From: Verrucomicrobiales bacterium
Lineage (GTDB): Bacteria > Verrucomicrobiota > Verrucomicrobiia > Verrucomicrobiales > V1-33
Reading direction: 5' to 3'
NCBI GenBank assembly: GCA_031411295.1
Contig: JANOAV010000140.1
Coordinates: 65,727 to 129,726 of the forward strand
Length of the DNA stretch: 64,000 nucleotides
Position 1 is the stretch's first letter. Every line of letters starts with the position of its first letter. A model generated the notes under the pieces. That model did no database searches and was not told where the DNA came from. It was given only the letters and a program-made list of their open reading frames with translations. This document shows, piece after piece, positions 28,431 through 38,544 of this stretch. The translations under genes were made by a program, and so were the position numbers.

Positions 28431-29792
28431 ATGGACACCCCAGACTATGATACCCCTGAACCAGCGGAAGCCACGGCGGCCTCCGCCGGGCCTGCGGCGT
28501 GTGCCCGTGGGACACGTGGTTTGGGAGCTGTGCTGGGAAAACGCTGGGGGGTTATCCTGATGGTGTTCCTGCTAGGCGTCATCGGCACGATGTTCTATAT
28601 CAGCACGCAGGAGAAAATCCACGTTGCCCGGGTTCAGCTCCAATTGCTCCCGCTTGGAGGGGCCGCTGTTTTTGCCAAAGGATTGGCGCAAAAAAATGCC
28701 AACTGGGTGGACACCGAGTGCCACATCATTACCTCCAGAGAAACCCTGCTTCACGTCGTGAGGGAGAAAGCGCTGGCCAAGCGATGGGATCTGGGAAATG
28801 ATGACAATGCTGCCGCTGACAAACTGGCCAAGATGGTCGAAGTTAGTCGCGAGCCGAATACCGATTTGGTCACCATTGAGGTTTACACGGGATTAATGGA
28901 TGTGGCCGCCGAACTGGCCAATGCAGTGGCGGATGCCTATGAGGAGCGTGCCAAAGAATTCGAGAAAGGCCGGGCCGAGGCAGCCGTGAACATGCTTCAG
29001 GCTGAATTGGATAATCAGGAGAAGAAGGTCGAGGAGAAACGGGTCGCCATGCTCACGATCATGAAGAAGTATGGGATCATCGACTTTGCTGCGACGAAAG
29101 GAAGGTTTGAGGATGGCAGCACCGGAATTCAGAACGGAGCGGAAGAGGGCTTGCGCACCAACAAGGCACTGCTGGCAGCATACGATCAAGAGGTAACCAA
29201 ATTGGGGGCCATGTCCAAGGTGCTCGGTGAAATCAAGGATCCGGTGCAATTTGCCACGGTCGTGATCGGCTTGAATCAGGAGGCGGATGCCCTCAAGCAG
29301 TTGTTAACAAAGTATCGGCAATTAAAGGCGGCACCTGCCACTGCGGAGATGGCCACGCAACTGGAAGCCGTCAGCAAAGATTTGGCGCTGGAGGTGGACG
29401 CGGCAAAACAAGTCATGGCCGCCAAAATAGAAATCGCCCGCGCTGGGATGGAACACGTCACCCAGGCGGTCCAGGAAGAGGAAATGGAGGCGGTCGGGGG
29501 CAAAGCGCGCCAGTCCGAATATCTCATGGTCAAGCGGGAGTATGAACAACAATTTGCCCTGCTCAACGAAATGCGGGAGCACATTCTCAAGCAGAAAGTG
29601 GACCTCGAAATGCCCATGCTGGCCGCCCGCCGCCACGAAAGCGCCTATCCCTCCCCCAAAATTGTTCGCCCCGAAGGCGAGAAACTCCTCGCCATCGGCA
29701 GTAGTATTGCCCTCATGCTTGGGCTTGCGCTTGCCTTCATTTTGGAATATTGCCGAAGCGAACCGTCAGAATTTACCGCTCAATCGTCCTAA
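28431..29792 (+). CDS. Polysaccharide co-polymerase (GumC/Wzz-like), kinase-less paralog of the downstream Wzc
   Basis: Two TM helices flanking a coiled coil; long identical blocks with the N-terminal half of the next gene; ends right after TM2. Confidence 0.85.
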   Translation: MDTPDYDTPEPAEATAASAGPAACARGTRGLGAVLGKRWGVILMVFLLGVIGTMFYISTQEKIHVARVQLQLLPLGGAAVFAKGLAQKNANWVDTECHIITSRETLLHVVREKALAKRWDLGNDDNAAADKLAKMVEVSREPNTDLVTIEVYTGLMDVAAELANAVADAYEERAKEFEKGRAEAAVNMLQAELDNQEKKVEEKRVAMLTIMKKYGIIDFAATKGRFEDGSTGIQNGAEEGLRTNKALLAAYDQEVTKLGAMSKVLGEIKDPVQFATVVIGLNQEADALKQLLTKYRQLKAAPATAEMATQLEAVSKDLALEVDAAKQVMAAKIEIARAGMEHVTQAVQEEEMEAVGGKARQSEYLMVKREYEQQFALLNEMREHILKQKVDLEMPMLAARRHESAYPSPKIVRPEGEKLLAIGSSIALMLGLALAFILEYCRSEPSEFTAQSS

Positions 29793-29845
29793 ACTCCCTC
29801 CCACTCCCTCCCACTCCCTTAACGTCCTAACTCCCCCTTGCTGCC

Positions 29846-32026
29846 ATGAGAGAACCTATCGCTGAAGTTAAAATGCACGCCCTTGATTACTGGCAAGTGA
29901 TCCGTAATCGCTGGGGCACCATCCTGTTGACCTTCCTCCTCGTTTGTTTGGCCGCGCTGATCATTGTGAATCTGCTCGAAAAGAAACATGTGGGACGGGT
30001 GAAGTTGCAGGTCCACACCAAGTCCATGGATGGCGTCTTCAACAAAGACTTCGGCGGCACCAGTGCCACCTGGTTGGAGACCGAATTCAAAATCATCACT
30101 TCACGGGAAACGCTGCTTCACGTCGTGCGTGGCAAGGCGCTGGCTAAACGCTGGAACCTTGGCAACGACGACAACGCTGCGGTCGATCGCCTCTCCCGGA
30201 TGGTGGAAACCAACGAAGAGCGCGGCACCGATCTCATCACCATCGAGGTTTACAGCCCCAAGATGGATGAAGCTGCTGAGTTGGCCAACGCCGTCTCCGA
30301 CGCCTACGAAGAGCGCCGCAAAGAATACGAGAAAAGTAAAAGTGAAGGCGCGGTCAACATGCTCCAAAGCGAACTCGATAATCAGGATAAGAAGGTGGAA
30401 GAGAAGCGCGTGGCAATGCTCACCATCATGAAGAAGTATGGCATTATTGACTTCAACGATGCCAGTGGCGCCTTCCACGCCCTGACTGGAGGGGTGCGTA
30501 ATGGCATGGAGACAACCTACATCGGCCAACAGGCCACCATGGCGCAATACGAAAACGAAGTCGGCAAATTAAAGGCTCAGCTCAAAGCGTTGGGTGAAGT
30601 TGCTGATCAAGACCAATTGATCGAAATCGCGGCCAGCATGGGCTTGGACGGCCCCACGCTCAAAGAATCCCTCCCCAAGTTTCACGCTGCTAAAATCGAG
30701 CTGGCGCAGTTGACGGACGGTGGACTCGGCAACAAGCACCCCAGTGTGGTGGCTGCCCGGGGTCAGGTGCAGAATCTCAAGGTTGATTTAACCAACGCGG
30801 TGGAAGGCTTGAAGAAGTCCCTGGATACCAAAGTGCAAATCGCGGAAGCCGGCTTGAAGAGCATGCAAGAGCGCAACAGCGAGTCCCAGACGGACCTCGT
30901 GGGCGAGAAAGCCCGCCAGTCCGAATATATGATGGCCAAGCGCGAATACGAGCAACAATTTGCCCTGCTGAATGAGATGAACGAGCACATCCTCAAGCAG
31001 AGAGTGGATTTGGAAATGCCCATGATGCCAGTGCAACGGCATGAAAATGCCTATCCGAGTGCCGACGTCGCCCGGCCCAACATGCAACTCCTCCTCGCGA
31101 TTGGCGGGGTCATTGGATTGGTGCTTGGTTTGGTGCTCGCCTTCTTCCTGGAATACTTGGATACCAGTGTTAAAACCCTCGACGACGTGGAGCGTTATCT
31201 GGGCGTGCCCGTGCTGGCAGTGATTCCGAAGGATGTGGGCATCTTGCATAAGCAGAGCGGTCTCTCCCCAGATGCGGAAGCCTACCGGATTCTGCGCACC
31301 AACATCGAGTTCAATCGTAAGAGCGCGGACGCCAATGCCATCACCATCGTTTCCGGTGGTGCGGGTGAAGGGAAATCCACCACCTTGGTGAATTTGGCCT
31401 ACATTTGTGCTCAAGGTGGCTACAACACCCTGATGATCGACGGTGACTTGCGCCGTCCGAAACTGCACACGTTCTTCGATATCAATAACTCTGTGGGTCT
31501 AACCAACTACCTCACCACCGCGTTGATGTTGGAAGATGTGATCCTGCAAACCCCGATTGATAACCTCTACTTCATGCCTTCCGGGATTCTGCCAGCCGAT
31601 GCCGCCGGGATTCTGAATTCCCGCCGGATGTCCGAACTCATCCAGGATTTGAAGAATCGCTTTGACCTTGTGTTGATCGATTCCCCACCAATTCTGGGGG
31701 TGTCCGATGCCTCCGTGCTGGCGTCTGAAGTGGATTTGACCATTATCGTGATCCAACATCGCAAACTGCCCCGCAACATGCTCCTCCGCGTCAAACAAGC
31801 GGTGGAAAACGTCGGCGGCAACGTGCTCGGAGTGGTGTTGAACAATGTGGATGTCCGCAGCGACAGCCAATACCAATACTACACCAGTTACTACACCTAC
31901 TACTCGCCTACCTCTGGAGAAGGCAAGCCCAAGTCCCGTCCTTCCCGTGAGAAGGCCAGCGCTTCCGCTTCCGCCGCCCCCAGTAAGACCGTGGATACCA
32001 ATGGTGCAGACGATGAGCAATACTAA
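29846..32026 (+). CDS. wzc: Polysaccharide biosynthesis tyrosine autokinase (Wzc/CapB-like)
   Basis: AEAYRILRTNI, Walker A GAGEGKST, IDGDLRRP, LIDSPP and Tyr cluster YQYYTSYYTYY. Confidence 0.93.
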   Translation: MREPIAEVKMHALDYWQVIRNRWGTILLTFLLVCLAALIIVNLLEKKHVGRVKLQVHTKSMDGVFNKDFGGTSATWLETEFKIITSRETLLHVVRGKALAKRWNLGNDDNAAVDRLSRMVETNEERGTDLITIEVYSPKMDEAAELANAVSDAYEERRKEYEKSKSEGAVNMLQSELDNQDKKVEEKRVAMLTIMKKYGIIDFNDASGAFHALTGGVRNGMETTYIGQQATMAQYENEVGKLKAQLKALGEVADQDQLIEIAASMGLDGPTLKESLPKFHAAKIELAQLTDGGLGNKHPSVVAARGQVQNLKVDLTNAVEGLKKSLDTKVQIAEAGLKSMQERNSESQTDLVGEKARQSEYMMAKREYEQQFALLNEMNEHILKQRVDLEMPMMPVQRHENAYPSADVARPNMQLLLAIGGVIGLVLGLVLAFFLEYLDTSVKTLDDVERYLGVPVLAVIPKDVGILHKQSGLSPDAEAYRILRTNIEFNRKSADANAITIVSGGAGEGKSTTLVNLAYICAQGGYNTLMIDGDLRRPKLHTFFDINNSVGLTNYLTTALMLEDVILQTPIDNLYFMPSGILPADAAGILNSRRMSELIQDLKNRFDLVLIDSPPILGVSDASVLASEVDLTIIVIQHRKLPRNMLLRVKQAVENVGGNVLGVVLNNVDVRSDSQYQYYTSYYTYYSPTSGEGKPKSRPSREKASASASAAPSKTVDTNGADDEQY

Positions 32027-32070
32027 AGTTCTCTCCCCCTACATCTAACCATCCTTAATCCATCAGCATT

Positions 32071-32637
32071 ATGAAAACAATCCAACTTCTGTTGTTGTGT
32101 CTGCTCGCTCTCGTTGGTTTCGGCACGACCACCGCGCAAGCTCAAGAACCCCGGTTTGCCGCCGGACAAACCTTCATGCTCCGCATCTCAGGTGTTCCTG
32201 GGGTCGATTTGCAGCAAGTCAGCGGCAGTTATACCATTTCCAGTGGTGGCACGATTCGGTTGCCCTACCTCAACGGTGAAATTGCGGCCAATGGACTCAC
32301 CCCCACCGAGTTGCAACGTAAAATCGAGGCCGCTTATAAATCGGGGGAAATCTACACCCACCCCACTATCAACATTATCACCAACAATGCGATGACCACA
32401 GAAATGTTGGTCACCGTGGGTGGCGAAGTTCGCCAGCCCGGGGACGTGCCTTTCCGACCCGGGATTAACCTCTACTCGGCTATCACTAAATGTGGTGGCC
32501 CCACCGAGTATGGGGATATGAAGCGGGTTAAACTGCTGCGCGGCAAGTCCGAGAAGGTCTATGACTTGCGCAAAATTGGCAACGATAACAACCCGGAATT
32601 GCTGGCGGGAGACCAAGTCGTCGTCCCGGGCAGCTAA
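32071..32637 (+). CDS. Polysaccharide export protein (Wza/Poly_export + SLBB)
   Basis: GTIRLPYL.GEI.A.GLT..EL, VTVGGEVRQPG, L..GD.V.VP. Confidence 0.88.
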   Translation: MKTIQLLLLCLLALVGFGTTTAQAQEPRFAAGQTFMLRISGVPGVDLQQVSGSYTISSGGTIRLPYLNGEIAANGLTPTELQRKIEAAYKSGEIYTHPTINIITNNAMTTEMLVTVGGEVRQPGDVPFRPGINLYSAITKCGGPTEYGDMKRVKLLRGKSEKVYDLRKIGNDNNPELLAGDQVVVPGS

Positions 32638-32667
32638 ACCGCTCCCGGCCTCCAACCGAAGTTCACC

Positions 32668-32701
32668 GAACGCCGCCCCGAGTTACTCGCGGGCGGCGTT
32701 C
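32668..32701 (+). terminator. GC-rich hairpin after the export gene
   Basis: gaacgccgccccgag-tta-ctcgcgggcggcgttc. Confidence 0.6.
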
Positions 32702-32855
32702 TGCTTCTCAGACCGTCAGATTCTGACGATTTGGCCATGGCAGGCGATATTTGACGCTGAGAACCGCAGATTTCTATTTGCACGCCGGGCAAACAATCCT
32801 ACGGGTTGAGCCCGACTTTTCGTTTCATTTTTAACCCCAAACCATATCAAACATC

Positions 32856-33809
32856 ATGGCTGACTTAGACGGCATCAAACAAGAGAAGACCAAGGAATTC
32901 TTCACCCACGTTCCCCAACAAACTCCAGGATTTTTCCTGAAAGGCTCGCACCAATACGACTGGGGACTGAAAAATCGCCTCAGCCGCATCTTCAATCCCA
33001 AAGATGGCCGCACCCTGATGCTGGCCTTCGACCACGGTTATTTCCAAGGTCCCACGACCGGTTTGGAGCGCGTGGATCAAACGATTCTCCCGCTGGAACC
33101 CTACGTTGACTGTCTCATGCTGACCCGTGGGATCCAACGCTCCGTGGTCCCCGCCAGCACCCAAAAGGCCATCGCCCTGCGCGCCTCCGGTGGCACCAGC
33201 ATGGTGAGCCGCATGGACGAATGGGAAGGCACCGCTGGCGATACCACCATCAAACTGGGCCGCCCCGGTTATGAACCACTCTCCAACGAAAGCCTGGCCT
33301 GCAGCATCGAAGAAGCCATCCGCCTGAACGCTTCCGTTCTGGCGGTGCAAGTGTTCATCGGTGGTGAGCACGAGCGCCAGACCCTCAAGAACCTGACCGA
33401 CCTCATCGACCAGGCCAGCCGCTACGGCATTGCCGTCATGGGCGTCACTGCGGTGGGTCGCGCCATGGCTCGCACGCCACAATATTTCCGTCTGGCTACC
33501 CGCATCATGGCGGAACTGGGCTGCCATATGGTGAAGTGCTATTATACCGATACCGAATTCGAAACCGTGACCAGTTGCTGTCCGGTGCCGATCGTCATCG
33601 CTGGCGGCAAGAAACTGCCTGAACTGGACGCGCTGAAGATGTCCTACAACGCCCTGGAGCAAGGTGCCTCCGGTGTGGATATGGGCCGCAACATCTTCCA
33701 AGCGGACAACCCCGTAGCCATGGTCCAAGCCGTGCAAGCGCTGGTCCACAATGGTCTGAACCCAGACCAAGCCTTCGCCATGTATAACGACCTGAAGGCC
33801 AAAGCATAG
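32856..33809 (+). CDS. lsrF: LsrF-family thiolase/class I aldolase
   Basis: DWGLKNRLSRIFNPKDGRTLMLAFDHGYFQGPTTGLER, VPIVIAGGKKLPE, GVDMGRNIFQ. Confidence 0.92.
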   Translation: MADLDGIKQEKTKEFFTHVPQQTPGFFLKGSHQYDWGLKNRLSRIFNPKDGRTLMLAFDHGYFQGPTTGLERVDQTILPLEPYVDCLMLTRGIQRSVVPASTQKAIALRASGGTSMVSRMDEWEGTAGDTTIKLGRPGYEPLSNESLACSIEEAIRLNASVLAVQVFIGGEHERQTLKNLTDLIDQASRYGIAVMGVTAVGRAMARTPQYFRLATRIMAELGCHMVKCYYTDTEFETVTSCCPVPIVIAGGKKLPELDALKMSYNALEQGASGVDMGRNIFQADNPVAMVQAVQALVHNGLNPDQAFAMYNDLKAKA

Positions 33810-33813
33810 TGTG

Positions 33814-33921
33814 AGCAGTCCGCTGGACTGCTAAAAAATCAAAGCTCAGCGGCGTTTCTCCGAACGGGGAAACGCCGCTTCCTTGTGGAAACCGAGAGTG
33901 GCAGCAGTCCGCTGGACTGCT
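33814..33921. repeat. Two REP-like palindromes (AGCAGTCC-GCT-GGACTGCT) flanking a terminator-like hairpin (33848-33879)
   Basis: Identical 19-mers at 33814-33832 and 33903-33921; related copies at 8892-8912 and ~19034-19050. Confidence 0.75.
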
Positions 33922-33969
33922 TCATCCCCACCTTACCGAACCAGTCCCGCAGCCTGCTCCCACGCTCAC

Positions 33970-36900
33970 TCACTTCACTGGTTGCAGCAAATACGCCAAG
34001 TCCTCGCTGGTGAGCTTGAGTTTCTCACCCTTGCCTTCCAGCAGACCTTGCACCAGTTCCGCTTTCTTGCGTTGCAGCAGGAGGATCTTCTCCTCGATGG
34101 TGTCCTGACAAATGAATTTGTAAACGAAGACGGTGTTCTTCTGCCCAAAACGATGTGCCCGATCCGTCGCTTGATTTTCCGCCGCAGGATTCCACCACGG
34201 GTCATAGTGAATCACCGTATCGGCTGCAGTTAGGTTCAAGCCCACGCCACCGGCTTTCAGGCTGATGAGAAACACTGGGGTGTTGCCCTTTTGGAATTCG
34301 TGCACCAACGTCTGACGATCTTCGGTCTGACCTGTGAGTAGCAAATGGCCGATCTTTTCTTCGTTGAGGCGGTCCTGGATCAGCGCCAGCATTTGGGTGA
34401 ATTGACTGAACAACAACACCCGCCGACCGTCTTCAATCAAGGGCACGAGCACTTCCATCAGTGCATCCAGCTTGGCGGATTCCGTCACGTTCTTTGCGGC
34501 ATCCAGTTTCAGTAAACGTGGATCGCAGCAGACTTGGCGTAGTTTCAACAAGGCATCCAGAATCATGATCTGGGAACGCTCCGCGCCCTTCACGCTGATC
34601 TCTTCCTGCACGCGTTTATCCATGGCTACGCGCACGGCTTCATAGAGATCCTTCTGCTGCGCGCTGAGTTCCACGCGATGAATCGTCTCAATTTTATCCG
34701 GCAGATCATGCAACACCGCTTGCTTCGTGCGACGTAAAAGCACGGGCGCGATGCGTTGGCTGAGACGCTGGCGGATTTCGTTATCACCTTGTTCTTCAAT
34801 CGGTTCCCGGAAGCCGGTGTTGAACCCTTCCTTGGTGCCGAGAAAGCCTGGCATCAGGAAGTTGAAGATGCTCCAGAGTTCGCCCAAGTGGTTCTCCATC
34901 GGCGTGCCGCTAAGGGCCAATCGCAGCCGGGAATCAAGTCGGTAGGCGGCTTGCGCGGTGCGGGTGGTATTATTCTTGATGTTTTGTGCCTCATCCAGAA
35001 TCACCATGTGAAACGGTTGGCGCGCCAGAATATCTTCATCGCGCGCCAGGATGGGGTAGCTCGTGAGGACGAGGTCGTGCTTGCGGAAATTTTCCACATG
35101 CTTCGCCCGATCCTGCCCGGTGTAAATCATGCAACGAAGCTTTGGCGTGAACTTCATCGCTTCCTCCGCCCAGTTGAAGACTACGCTCTTGGGAGCCACG
35201 ATGAGGCTCGGCAAATCCATCGCGCCCGCTTCTTTTTCCGCCAGCAAATGGGCCAATGTTTGCAGCGTTTTCCCAAGGCCCATGTCATCGGCTAACACGC
35301 CGCCGAGGCGCGCGGTGGCGAGGAAACGCAGCCAACGATACCCTTCCAATTGATATGGTCGCAGGTCCGCCTTCAGCCCAACAGGTTTGGGCGCATCCTC
35401 CCAGACTTGAGCTGACGACAGCTTGGAACCAAGCTGCTGCAAGGCATCCGACGTCTGCGCGAACATTTCCTCCTCTCGCTTCGTTGCCAACGCGGCCAAC
35501 TGTGCGGCACGCAGTCGATGCACTTCCAGCTTGCCATCTTTCAGCAGACCGGGGCTGCGGCTGTATAACTCCGTGAGGGCGCTGAGCAGTCGGTGGAAAC
35601 GATCCGCTGGATAAGGCAGATACTTTTTCCCCACTGGTAGCATGATCGGAGTCGTCCCCATTTTGGCAAGATCCCCCAGCACGGCAAAGCTTCCTTCAGA
35701 GCGCAGGAACGCAATGATGGCCGGCAGCAACGGAATGCGTTCGCCATTGATTTCGAAGCCGCAATCGACCGTGAACCAATCCGGGCGCTCGCCTTCCTTG
35801 ATTTCCTCATACCACGCATCCGGTGTTAGTAATTCCAGATCGAACGTGCGATCCGTCTCCACCAACCAGCCACGTTCTTTGAGTTTTGGCAGTTCGGTTT
35901 GGAGAAACTGAAACCAACGCGTGGGGGCATCGGGCGCGTGGCAGTAAGCGTTCTTCAATGATGGCTTGAGACCAAATGTCAGCACGTCATTGATCCGCCG
36001 CAGGCCGCGTCCACTCAGCGTATCCGCCAGATCGCGCTCGGCGGGGAGGTTGCGTTGCAATTCGATTAACTGCTCGTTATGCAGCACGGAGGCCTTCTCC
36101 GCGCCCCGACCAAACGGAAAACGTTTCTCTGGGGCGGCTTCGTAAGTGAATTCCACATCGGCTAGGCGCACAATTTGATCATAGGTAAATGCAGCGGCTC
36201 CGGCGTAGTAGCTGGAGAACACTTTCTCGCCAAAGAGCCGCAAAATCGGCTGTGGCGTTTGATCTGCGGCCTGCACGACGCGGAGCTTGGCTGGAGCCGG
36301 AAGCTTGGGAGCAGACGCTGCGGGCTTTTCCAGGAAGCGCGCCAAATGATCCGCGTCCCCTGGCGAGAGGTCTTCCATTTGCAGCCAACCTAGCAGGAAT
36401 CGCTGCGATTGGGTGGAGCGCACCGGGTGAACGGTGTGGCTACTAAGATCGATTACATGCAAGGGCGTCGTCGGCAACACGGCTAAATTTCGCCCCGCGC
36501 TGGTTAGGGTGGGGCGCTGCCGACCGTTCTCCAAGCTCTGCCAGCCGGGGTTTACGGAGATTTTCTCTTCATCGAATTGCAGGGCCGGATGCTCCAGTTT
36601 CTCCCACAGCGCTCGGCCGGATTGCCAAAGGCGTGGCAGCAGGTTCGCCCACCATTTCCCCTGCGGTAGAAATCCTACTTCCGTGCGGAATCGTTTCATG
36701 AGATCCACCAACGCAAGGTCCCCGGGGCTGAGAAATTCCGGAGGTTGCTTGAAATCGCTATTGAAAGGCGCATGGAACACGTAGTCGCCATCCGCGTTGA
36801 GTTTGGCCGTAGTTAGGGTAATCTGCACTAACTGGGATTGCGGGCTGACGCGGTTGAGCACATAGAGCAGTCGGAACTGCGTATCCGCCGCGGGGAAGAA

Positions 36901-37401
36901 ATTCGATTCCTCGTCGTCCTCATCGTCATCGCTGGTCTCATCCAGCGCGGGAATCTTATCCAGCCACGATTGCAGCACCGGGGAAATTTTCACCTCAGGT
37001 TCTGGCGCAGGCTCGGCAGCAGCCACTGGAGCTGATTCCGCAGGTTCCTCCAAATCCTCCCGAGGCTCATACCAAGGATTTCCCGCCGCCTGCAACAAGC
37101 CCGCCACGTGCTTGCAGAGGCTGCCTTCGATGCAACTGCAACTCGTCTGCAGCTCGCAGGTTTTCCCATACGGGAGCAGTGTAGCCTTCGCTTCCAGAGC
37201 CGCCATGCTCCGCGTGGCAATCTTCCCGCTGATCTTGATGACATTTCCTGCCGACTCTAACTTAAGCCCATACACCAACCGCGCATGAATGAACATCTGA
37301 GCCGCCTCCAAGTCCTGCCGCCCAAAACCCAATCCGCCGAGATATTTCAGCGGAATCAGATTGCCGACTTGGTGGCGCAGGTTTTTTTCAGTAGGGGTCA
37401 T
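33970..37401 (-). CDS. SWIM zinc finger + SNF2-family helicase
   Basis: CSC....CKH, LRPYQ, LADDMGLGKT, DEAQ, LSGTPMEN, SLKAGGVGLNLT, QATDRAHRFGQ. Confidence 0.95.
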   Translation of the reverse strand: MTPTEKNLRHQVGNLIPLKYLGGLGFGRQDLEAAQMFIHARLVYGLKLESAGNVIKISGKIATRSMAALEAKATLLPYGKTCELQTSCSCIEGSLCKHVAGLLQAAGNPWYEPREDLEEPAESAPVAAAEPAPEPEVKISPVLQSWLDKIPALDETSDDDEDDEESNFFPAADTQFRLLYVLNRVSPQSQLVQITLTTAKLNADGDYVFHAPFNSDFKQPPEFLSPGDLALVDLMKRFRTEVGFLPQGKWWANLLPRLWQSGRALWEKLEHPALQFDEEKISVNPGWQSLENGRQRPTLTSAGRNLAVLPTTPLHVIDLSSHTVHPVRSTQSQRFLLGWLQMEDLSPGDADHLARFLEKPAASAPKLPAPAKLRVVQAADQTPQPILRLFGEKVFSSYYAGAAAFTYDQIVRLADVEFTYEAAPEKRFPFGRGAEKASVLHNEQLIELQRNLPAERDLADTLSGRGLRRINDVLTFGLKPSLKNAYCHAPDAPTRWFQFLQTELPKLKERGWLVETDRTFDLELLTPDAWYEEIKEGERPDWFTVDCGFEINGERIPLLPAIIAFLRSEGSFAVLGDLAKMGTTPIMLPVGKKYLPYPADRFHRLLSALTELYSRSPGLLKDGKLEVHRLRAAQLAALATKREEEMFAQTSDALQQLGSKLSSAQVWEDAPKPVGLKADLRPYQLEGYRWLRFLATARLGGVLADDMGLGKTLQTLAHLLAEKEAGAMDLPSLIVAPKSVVFNWAEEAMKFTPKLRCMIYTGQDRAKHVENFRKHDLVLTSYPILARDEDILARQPFHMVILDEAQNIKNNTTRTAQAAYRLDSRLRLALSGTPMENHLGELWSIFNFLMPGFLGTKEGFNTGFREPIEEQGDNEIRQRLSQRIAPVLLRRTKQAVLHDLPDKIETIHRVELSAQQKDLYEAVRVAMDKRVQEEISVKGAERSQIMILDALLKLRQVCCDPRLLKLDAAKNVTESAKLDALMEVLVPLIEDGRRVLLFSQFTQMLALIQDRLNEEKIGHLLLTGQTEDRQTLVHEFQKGNTPVFLISLKAGGVGLNLTAADTVIHYDPWWNPAAENQATDRAHRFGQKNTVFVYKFICQDTIEEKILLLQRKKAELVQGLLEGKGEKLKLTSEDLAYLLQPVK

Positions 37402-37530
37402 GAGGAGGTTTCATGACATAGTCACGCCCCGGCAAATTGCAACGGAGGGGTATTGGACATTTCCGTCTGCTTTTCAACGAATTGACTCAGACGTCGGCAA
37501 AGGCCTTTCGGTGCGGCCACCTGCTGCCAA

Positions 37531-38475
37531 TCATGCCTTCGCTGTGAGGGCTTTCAAACGCTCCCGGACGCTTTTAATCGTCGGGAAATCCAGCACCTCG
37601 TCCCCCAGTTTCTCCAGTTGTAGGTAATCCAAGTGTCCCACTTGCGAATGAATGGTTTTTGGCAACTCACCCAGACGCTTGGTTAAGAGTCGAAGAATCA
37701 GATCGGCCTTACCCCGCACCTCACCCTCGGCACGACCTTCCTCCAGCGCATAAGTGCGCATGTTGATTTGGTCCCATTGGTAAAGTTGACGGCGGCTCAT
37801 AAGTTCAGATTCTTTGTGGGAGAGATTGTCCAAGCGCGCCATGGCCAAAGCCTGACGGACGTGTGGATTCCTCATTCCCTTCGGGACGCTACGCCAATTT
37901 TTTGACGAAATCAAGAAACTTAGCCATTCGCGCATTGGGTGGCTCAGCGGCAAGTGCTCTTCGGTGGCTTTTGGCAATTCTACGAAAATGATGTCGATGC
38001 CGCCGTTAGGGTAATGCTCGCCAGAAGTCCGTTCCATTTGGCTAAAATGGCTGAACCACTCCTGCCGATGCGGTAGGATCACGAAATTCGTAATCGCGAT
38101 GACCGTGACCGGGCGCACGTTGAGATAGTTTCCCCCACGTTTCAGTTGGCCCGCCATCACTTTGGAGGCATTGTAGTTCAGTCGCTGAGTGAATCCACTG
38201 GTCGGGAACAGTTGCATTTCAATCAGCTTCTCGGTGCCATTGTCCAATACCGCCCTAACGTCCACTGCCGTTTCCTTCAGATCTTTGAGGCGTGCCGGGA
38301 GATAAGGATCTTTGATGGTTAATCTTTGGATCACCGGCTTGCCTGCGTAGAGCAGATCGTTCAGGAACCCCACCAGAATATCGTGACTCTCCAGCGAGCC
38401 AAAGATACGCTTGAACGCCCAATCGATGGTGGGGTCCAGGAAAACGGGTTTGGAGCGGGAGGCGCGCTTATTCAT
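37531..38475 (-). CDS. Rpn-family recombination-promoting nuclease/putative transposase with DUF4351-like tail
   Basis: DPTIDWAFKRIFG, D-VRA...IEMQ PD-(D/E)XK core, FVELPK, EEGRAEG..LILRLLTKRLGEL. Confidence 0.9.
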   Translation of the reverse strand: MNKRASRSKPVFLDPTIDWAFKRIFGSLESHDILVGFLNDLLYAGKPVIQRLTIKDPYLPARLKDLKETAVDVRAVLDNGTEKLIEMQLFPTSGFTQRLNYNASKVMAGQLKRGGNYLNVRPVTVIAITNFVILPHRQEWFSHFSQMERTSGEHYPNGGIDIIFVELPKATEEHLPLSHPMREWLSFLISSKNWRSVPKGMRNPHVRQALAMARLDNLSHKESELMSRRQLYQWDQINMRTYALEEGRAEGEVRGKADLILRLLTKRLGELPKTIHSQVGHLDYLQLEKLGDEVLDFPTIKSVRERLKALTAKA

Positions 38476-38544
38476 GAGTCCACCTATGCACTAACCATCC
38501 GGGCGCAAGTGCGGAATCTCGGTCCAAAGTTGCACGAGCGGGAA

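Noticed and set aside
32865..33770. 301-aa minus-strand ORF (likewise 42145-43359 and 61258-62394)
   Set aside because: Antisense shadows of well-supported genes, expected with biased codon usage.
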